DNA from: an uncultured virus (IMG/VR IMGVR_UViG_3300030333_001670)
Taxonomy: Duplodnaviria; Heunggongvirae; Uroviricota; Caudoviricetes
DNA: 64,000 bases
Reading direction: 5' to 3' (one strand)
IMG/VR virus record: IMGVR_UViG_3300030333_001670
In this document: one piece after another, positions 58,498 to 64,000 of the stretch
How positions within the stretch are numbered: the stretch's first letter is position 1
Layout of the letters: the number at the start of each line of letters is the position of its first letter
Made by a program: the position numbers and the translations under genes
Notes under the pieces: generated by a model
Told to the model about the DNA's origin: nothing
Seen by the model: only the letters and a program-made list of their open reading frames with translations
The model's database searches: none

Positions 58498-59384
58498 TGA
58501 AGACTCCTCTTAGATATCCTGGTGGTAAGTCTCGTGCTCTAAAAAAGTTAGCACAATTCTACCCAGATATATCTAAGTATAAAGAATTTCGTGAACCATT
58601 TCTAGGTGGTGGTTCAGTATCATTATACATGACACAGATGTATCCTCACCTAGACATATGGGTGAATGATTTGTATGGTCATCTGTATAACTTTTGGAAA
58701 GAATTACAACACAATGGAAAAGACATTGCAGATGAACTCAGAAGACTTAAAGCAAAATACAACACCCCAGAAAAAGCGAAAGTCCTTTTTCTTGAGAGTA
58801 AAGAATATCTTAGTGGCACCAGAACCGATCCATCCAGTCGTGCTGTTAGTTTTTATATTATTAATAAGTGTTCTTTCAGTGGTCTCACCGAATCAAGTTC
58901 CTTCTCAAAAGCAGCAAGTATTTCCAACTTCAGCATACGAGGTATAGAGAGATTACCAGAGCATCAAAAGATAATACAAGACTGGAAGATTACTAATCTA
59001 TCATATGATCAACTTCTAACAGATGATCAAAACACATTTGTTTATCTTGACCCACCATATGATATTAAAGTTCCTATCTATGGTAAGAGAGGTGAGATGC
59101 ACAAGCATTTTAACCATGAGGAATTCGCAGAAGATTGCGATAGACATACTGCACATATGATGATATCATATAACAGCAGTCAGAAACTTAAGAATCGATT
59201 TGTAGATTGGAATGCTTATGACTTCGATTTAACCTATAGTATGCGTACTACAGGTGACTATATGAAGGAGCAATCCAAACGAAAAGAACTTGTATTAACT
59301 AACTATGGCATTCGACAGCAACTACCCTCTGAAGGACTATCTAAACTCTTTGAACCAGACGAAGGAATATCTGCTGCAGCCTGA
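58494..59384 (+). CDS. dam: DNA adenine methyltransferase (Dam/D12 family)
   Basis: 'PLRYPGGKS', 'EPFLGGGSV', 'VNDL', catalytic 'YLDPPY'. Confidence 0.92.
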   Translation: MMKTPLRYPGGKSRALKKLAQFYPDISKYKEFREPFLGGGSVSLYMTQMYPHLDIWVNDLYGHLYNFWKELQHNGKDIADELRRLKAKYNTPEKAKVLFLESKEYLSGTRTDPSSRAVSFYIINKCSFSGLTESSSFSKAASISNFSIRGIERLPEHQKIIQDWKITNLSYDQLLTDDQNTFVYLDPPYDIKVPIYGKRGEMHKHFNHEEFAEDCDRHTAHMMISYNSSQKLKNRFVDWNAYDFDLTYSMRTTGDYMKEQSKRKELVLTNYGIRQQLPSEGLSKLFEPDEGISAAA

Positions 59385-59706
59385 AGACCCTGGTTGGGAA
59401 AAGAATTATCCTCCTTATGTAATCAATAAATGTATGTCACATCACATGGATACTGTGATGTTTGCAAACGAGATGAATAGACTCCCTAATCTCGATAAGC
59501 GTTTGCAATATGATTTTTATATAAATACCGTCAGGTCACGTAGGAGATTCTCTCCTTGGGACAAGAAACAGAAGATGAATGATTTGAATGTGGTCAAGCA
59601 ATACTATGGTTATAGTAATGAAAAGGCTAGACAAGCATTGAATATTTTATCTCCTTCACAACTAGATTACATTAAAAGCAAACTGAATAAGGGAGGGAAG
59701 AAATGA
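59305..59706 (+). CDS. g62: Clamp loader small subunit gp62
   Basis: 'YLNSLN.TK', 'YPPY.IN', 'ANEMN', 'QYDF', 'VKQYYGYSNEKA..AL'. Confidence 0.93.
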   Translation: MAFDSNYPLKDYLNSLNQTKEYLLQPEDPGWEKNYPPYVINKCMSHHMDTVMFANEMNRLPNLDKRLQYDFYINTVRSRRRFSPWDKKQKMNDLNVVKQYYGYSNEKARQALNILSPSQLDYIKSKLNKGGKK

Positions 59707-60125
59707 GTGAGGATCTTCAGTGGTCTAAGGATGATATGATTCAGGTTACCTTAAAGGAACCAGATGATTTCCTCAAGGTGAGAGAGACACTAACTAGAAT
59801 TGGTGTAGCTTCTAGGAAAGAGAGAAAGTTATATCAATCATGCCACATTTTACATAAGAAAGGTGACTATTTTATAGTACACTTTAAAGAATTATTTGCA
59901 TTGGATGGTAAGAGAGCAAATTTATCAGACAATGATTTACAGAGACGTAACAGAATTATACAATTACTTTCAGATTGGGGTCTAGTAGAGGTGGTGGATA
60001 AGACAACCATCGCTGATGCTGCTCCTCTCAGTCAGATAAAAGTAATATCTTATAAAGAAAAGCTTGACTGGATACTGGAAAGCAAGTATAATATAGGTAA
60101 ACGAAGGCAACCCGATGAAGCATGA
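59703..60125 (+). CDS. regA: Translational repressor RegA
   Basis: 'PDDFLKVRETLTRIGVAS', 'LYQSCHILHK.G.YFIVHFKELF.LDG', 'LLSDWGL'. Confidence 0.97.
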   Translation: MSEDLQWSKDDMIQVTLKEPDDFLKVRETLTRIGVASRKERKLYQSCHILHKKGDYFIVHFKELFALDGKRANLSDNDLQRRNRIIQLLSDWGLVEVVDKTTIADAAPLSQIKVISYKEKLDWILESKYNIGKRRQPDEA

Positions 60126-60261
60126 AGTAAAACTTTATGTCGCTGGCAAGGTATTCACTGAAGAATGCTATGCTAGGAACTATCAAGAAGCAAAGGAAGT
60201 TGCTTTAGCAAGGAATCCAAACGCAACTGTTATCAGTGTAAATGCCAAAGTCGGTGGTTGA
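60115..60261 (+). CDS. 48-aa hypothetical protein (not in ORF track)
   Basis: MKHEVKLYVAGKVFTEECYARNYQEAKEVALARNPNATVISVNAKVGG; fills the gap after regA. Confidence 0.65.
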   Translation: MKHEVKLYVAGKVFTEECYARNYQEAKEVALARNPNATVISVNAKVGG

Positions 60262-60901
60262 TTCTGGATGGGAGAAGGATTTCTCCTACCATACACAGTG
60301 GTTTAAGTCACCAGGGTATCTCTCTTGTGAGGTGCCTCTTGTTGTACGGGAGGAATTATCTAGTTCCATGGCAAATCATGGTGGAGACGCTAGGAGCACC
60401 CTTAGAGGACACTTAGAAGAAGAGTGGCACCTAGATATCACACCAGAGGTTAAGAAATTTACTCGTTGCCTTGGGTATGAATATATAAAAAGATTTGGAC
60501 TCCAGCCAAGCATGGGTATGGCAGAGTCTATGAGGGACATTGACAACACAGACCTCGAATTAAAAAGACTGTGGGTAAACTATCAACGAAAGTATGACTT
60601 TAATCCTTTACATATTCATTCAGGTTTATTCTCATTTGTCATTTGGGTATCAGTCCCTTATGAACTTGAGGAGGAGCGTAAGAGATATCCAAACACTAAT
60701 GGAAACGAGACAGCAGCGTTTATGTTCCAATACAATACTGCCCTAGGTGGATTGGATACAGAATATCTTTATGTCGATAAGAGTTTTGAGTGGAAGATGG
60801 TCTTCTTCCCTGCTCGTCTTAATCATGGAGTCAATCCATTTTACACATCCGATGACCACAGGGTGTCAATATCAGGTAATGTGTATTTGATTGATATATA
60901 G
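60242..60901 (+). CDS. Putative 2OG-Fe(II) oxygenase
   Basis: 'WVNYQ...DFNPLHIHSG..SFVIW', 'FFPA.L.H.V.PF', 'RVSISGN'. Confidence 0.8.
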   Translation: MPKSVVDSGWEKDFSYHTQWFKSPGYLSCEVPLVVREELSSSMANHGGDARSTLRGHLEEEWHLDITPEVKKFTRCLGYEYIKRFGLQPSMGMAESMRDIDNTDLELKRLWVNYQRKYDFNPLHIHSGLFSFVIWVSVPYELEEERKRYPNTNGNETAAFMFQYNTALGGLDTEYLYVDKSFEWKMVFFPARLNHGVNPFYTSDDHRVSISGNVYLIDI

Positions 60902-60920
60902 TAATAGTTAAGTTATCAAT

Positions 60921-61355
60921 ATGGCTGAAGATACTACCTTGTTAGATGACGAGGTTAAAGAAGAAAAGAAAAAAGGTCTCTTTGCTAAAGCAAAGGATGC
61001 TATTCTTCCAGACCCTGAAGAACAGGCAGCGATCATCAGCACAATGGTGCGGATCACTGTACTTGCCTGGAGTGGTGGAATATTAACATTAAATTATGTT
61101 GCTATTCCAGGAGTCCCTCAACAAAAAATAGATCCAACTTTCATAGCTTCGGTGTTCACTGGAGTTTTAGCTAGCTTCGGAATTCAGACAGCTTCTAAGA
61201 AAGGTGATGGTACTATGAAGATGGACAAGAATGGTAACCCTGCCAATGGCAGTGGTAGTGGTGGACCTACTCAAACGATTCGTATTGAGCAAGCACCATT
61301 AAAAATAATTGCTGTTGACCCCAATAGCAAGGATAAGAAAACTTACGAAATTTAA
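60921..61355 (+). CDS. Two-helix membrane hypothetical protein
   Basis: 'VLAWSGGILTLNY', 'IDPTFIASVFTGVLASFGI'. Confidence 0.75.
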   Translation: MAEDTTLLDDEVKEEKKKGLFAKAKDAILPDPEEQAAIISTMVRITVLAWSGGILTLNYVAIPGVPQQKIDPTFIASVFTGVLASFGIQTASKKGDGTMKMDKNGNPANGSGSGGPTQTIRIEQAPLKIIAVDPNSKDKKTYEI

Positions 61356-61359
61356 AATC

Positions 61360-61596
61360 ATGCAGAAAATTGTAAATGTCATCGCTCTTACAAGTGGCGT
61401 TGTATCTCTCGCCGTCGTTGCTACTGGCGGCTATCTATTTCTTAATAAGGATGCAATCGTCGATAACGTCAAAGGCCAAGTAATGGAAGCAGTCACTGGA
61501 TCTCTTGGAGGTCTTGGTGGTGGTGTGCCATCTTTAGCACCAGACCCTGCTGTTCCTGCTGCTCCTGATGCTGGACTAGGAATTCCTGAGCTTTAA
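61360..61596 (+). CDS. Small membrane-anchored hypothetical protein
   Basis: Start corrected to 'MQKIVNVIAL...'; N-terminal hydrophobic helix. Confidence 0.7.
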   Translation: MQKIVNVIALTSGVVSLAVVATGGYLFLNKDAIVDNVKGQVMEAVTGSLGGLGGGVPSLAPDPAVPAAPDAGLGIPEL

Positions 61597-61880
61597 TGGA
61601 CGTACAAAAAATAGCAACATACGGTACAGCAGTCGCTGTTGTAGGTACTGGAGGTATTGTCGGTGGCAACGTTGCCATCGATAATGCTACTGGTGGTCCT
61701 CAGAAGAGGATGGAGGCAGAAGCAACTGAGCTCAGACTAATTGTTAGAGAAGAAGTGCGTGCTGCTATAAGAGAAGCATGGCCAAAGACTACTGGATATA
61801 TAAAGGGTACACAACCTAATGGTAATTATCGAGAAGTAGTACCTGATGGATCCAATAGAGAGAATAGAAGTCAATCCTAA
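61596..61880 (+). CDS. Hypothetical protein
   Basis: TAATG coupling; N-terminal Gly/Val-rich hydrophobic stretch. Confidence 0.7.
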   Translation: MDVQKIATYGTAVAVVGTGGIVGGNVAIDNATGGPQKRMEAEATELRLIVREEVRAAIREAWPKTTGYIKGTQPNGNYREVVPDGSNRENRSQS

Positions 61881-62823
61881 TATTAAGATTTCCCCTGACG
61901 GGCAGAATATTAGATTCATTCCTAACATCAATTCCTCCACCAATAAGATAGACAACGTTGGTGTGAGGAAAGTTAATGTACGACAGATAGCAGACCAGCG
62001 TATCTGGGTGCAAGGTACATCAACATCATTACCAAATGTCCCACCAGTTACAATCTTTGCAGGGACACCTGTTGTTGATATGCCTGGTTGTGTTCAAGTA
62101 CACAAAGAGAATGCTAGAGAAAGGAATAGAAATAAGCAGTTAGTTAATGATGATCCAAAAGGTAATACCGTGTTGTGTGATGGTGGAATGCCATATTTTA
62201 CAGCACCAAATTATGATGCCAGAGAATTAACTTGGCAGACAATATATACAGAAGCAGAGGATGCCCCAGAAGGTGTAGATACAGGAGATGTAACTCCACC
62301 AGCACCACCTGATACACCAGAAAGACCACCTACAGAAGAACCTGAAGGTGACCCAGAATGTCCTGGTCCTTTAGAACCAAGGATAGGATCCATTGGACCA
62401 AACGAAAAGGAAAAGGTTGTTGGACATGAGTTACAACCTGATCCTAATAATGCTAATAAATTAATTTGTGTATCACTCTATGAGGATATTGGTATAGTAG
62501 AACAGTATCTACCTAGTCCTCAGATTGTGACGACGACGGCTGTGATAGCGTCTGTGGCTGCGTCATCTGCCCTACTTGCAAAACCTCTAGCTGATCTGCT
62601 CCTGCGGGTGATAAAACCTGCTGTGAAGCAGGTGATTGCCAAGGTAAACGGAGTCCTCGGAAAAACCCCTTACCGTCCGACTCAGGCTGAGTTGAAGACG
62701 AATGAGTATCGGAAGAAGAAAGGTCTTCTTGGGATAAACTTTGCGAAGAATCATCAGAAGAGAGAGAAGGCTGAGAAGAAGAGGAAGAAGGAGGAGGAGT
62801 CTCGGAAGAAGACTCAAAGTTAG
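61846..62823 (+). CDS. Hypothetical protein (Pro-rich linker, Cys pairs, C-terminal TM and basic tail)
   Basis: 'PVVDMPGCV..H', 'LCDGGMP', 'CPGP', 'QYLPSPQ', 'AKPLADLLLRVIKP'. Confidence 0.75.
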   Translation: MDPIERIEVNPNIKISPDGQNIRFIPNINSSTNKIDNVGVRKVNVRQIADQRIWVQGTSTSLPNVPPVTIFAGTPVVDMPGCVQVHKENARERNRNKQLVNDDPKGNTVLCDGGMPYFTAPNYDARELTWQTIYTEAEDAPEGVDTGDVTPPAPPDTPERPPTEEPEGDPECPGPLEPRIGSIGPNEKEKVVGHELQPDPNNANKLICVSLYEDIGIVEQYLPSPQIVTTTAVIASVAASSALLAKPLADLLLRVIKPAVKQVIAKVNGVLGKTPYRPTQAELKTNEYRKKKGLLGINFAKNHQKREKAEKKRKKEEESRKKTQS

Positions 62824-63586
62824 GTTGAGGTAGGTTATGTACGTGTGGTACAATCTTACCACCAGGATTTGTGACTACTACGTCAGCACATATACTATGA
62901 TAAGGACTTGCTGGATGGAAAAATATACCAGCTTTCTTTAACTCACCACAATTTTTAAGACGAGCTATCTCAAAGTCTAATCTCTTGTTAGATGTCAACT
63001 GCACTTGATGATTAATCTGTGCTTGTGCTGCTTGATGACACTGGTCTCTTAATTTCTTATTCAATGGTATAGACAGAGTAGCACTGACACCCATATTAAA
63101 ACTTTGGTTTGCTTTCATGTCAGTCCTTACTGGTTTATACCATGTAGGATCCATCTGTTGATTGCTTACTACATCAGGTACACCATCTGGACCATCAACA
63201 TCTATTTCTATTTGTATATCATCTCCATCTTCAAACCATCTACTACCATCTGCTTTAGTCCTGTCGTCATACCATGACTCCCAAGGATAATTCTTTACAG
63301 TAACAGTCTGTTTAGTAGTCCTACCAGAGAAGTCACTCATATTATACTGTGGTTCATCATAGTAATCTTCCCACGGATGCTTTCTTGAATCAGCAAACTG
63401 AACATAGGGAGTGATGTTCAAGGTACTACCTTGACATTGGACTCCACCACCGTAGGTGTTGGTTATATAAGGACCTTGTAAAACTTGTATTGCCTGGTTC
63501 GTTACTGAACCTGAAGAGTTGGCGATTGGATTAGCAGTAGCACTTACACCACCTACACCTTCAGCATTCACAGGTGATGCCACCAT
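62513..63586 (-). CDS. Hypothetical, probably exported protein; start uncertain
   Basis: 'VSATANPIANSSGSVTNQAIQVLQGPY', 'RLDFEIARLKNCGEL..AGI.FHP.SPY..ICADVVV'. The first ATG after the upstream stop is 63586, but the frame is open to 63922. Confidence 0.65.
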   Translation of the reverse strand: MVASPVNAEGVGGVSATANPIANSSGSVTNQAIQVLQGPYITNTYGGGVQCQGSTLNITPYVQFADSRKHPWEDYYDEPQYNMSDFSGRTTKQTVTVKNYPWESWYDDRTKADGSRWFEDGDDIQIEIDVDGPDGVPDVVSNQQMDPTWYKPVRTDMKANQSFNMGVSATLSIPLNKKLRDQCHQAAQAQINHQVQLTSNKRLDFEIARLKNCGELKKAGIFFHPASPYHSICADVVVTNPGGKIVPHVHNLPQPNFESSSETPPPSSSSSQPSLSSDDSSQSLSQEDLSSSDTHSSSTQPESDGKGFFRGLRLPWQSPASQQVLSPAGADQLEVLQVGQMTQPQTLSQPSSSQSED

Positions 63587-63594
63587 TAATGCTG

Positions 63595-64000
63595 CTATTG
63601 GGTAAAGGTACTTGTGGTATCTGTGACGCTTGTTATTGAGGTCACTCTTTGTATCACGGTCTGGTTGGTGATCCCTGGTCCTTGATACGTTTGAGAAAAT
63701 TGAAATGCTTCCCCTGGGTTGGTAATTGTGAAGTTGTTTTGTTGTGAGAAGTCTAATGCGTCGAAGGAACTTGTTACTGCTCCTGTTATCGTTACGCCAC
63801 CTGCTCCTCCGTTTGTGCCTCCTGCCGATGATGGAGTCACTGTCACTGTTGATGTATTCACTGGTGGGTTTAGTGCTTCTCCATTGTTGGAAACGCCTAC
63901 CCCAGTCACGCTGTATTCCCATCCTGTTCTATAATCAATTGAGTTTATTGTTTCTGTAACCGTACTTTCAGTTTCTGTATGGCTCGTCATGGAGCCCTGC
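63595..64000 (-). CDS. Thr/Ser-rich hypothetical protein, 5'-truncated by the window edge
   Basis: Frame is open to the window end ('QGSMTSHTET...TETINSIDY.TGWEYSVTG...FQFSQTYQGPG'). Confidence 0.7.
   Translation of the reverse strand, partial: QGSMTSHTETESTVTETINSIDYRTGWEYSVTGVGVSNNGEALNPPVNTSTVTVTPSSAGGTNGGAGGVTITGAVTSSFDALDFSQQNNFTITNPGEAFQFSQTYQGPGITNQTVIQRVTSITSVTDTTSTFTQ

Noticed and set aside
59520..59527. TATAAATA inside g62 (and GATAAATA at 47822 inside uvsW)
   Set aside because: Intragenic and far from a start codon. Expected by chance in AT-rich DNA, though a late regA promoter cannot be excluded.

Overview
This window is 64 kb of an AT-rich T4-like cyanomyovirus genome (Kyanoviridae type, probable Prochlorococcus/Synechococcus host). 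Almost all genes are on the + strand. 1-41 kb is the virion module: giant baseplate and fibre proteins, gp8, a VrlC-like protein, a long tail fibre, gp13-gp23, with TATAAATA-type late promoters and a petE island between g16 and g17. 41-45 kb is an accessory island: a structured manA-like RNA, a catalytic-core-only class II (Asn/Asp-type) aminoacyl-tRNA synthetase homologue, an atypical tRNA-Asn(GUU) with a long variable arm, purM and DUF2997/ycf35. 45-60 kb covers recombination, replication and regulation (gp3, uvsY, uvsW, gp55, gp47/46, vWA/CobT-like and CobS-like AAA with pcyA between them, gp45/44/62, dam, regA). The rest is conserved hypothetical genes. The strongest candidate for an undescribed system is the RNA + truncated synthetase + type-II-body tRNA-Asn cassette at 41.07-42.19 kb. 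Second is the set of amicyanin-type copper-ligand motifs in baseplate proteins, alongside plastocyanin and an unannotated His-rich micro-protein. All family assignments come from motif recognition and gene order, without database searches.
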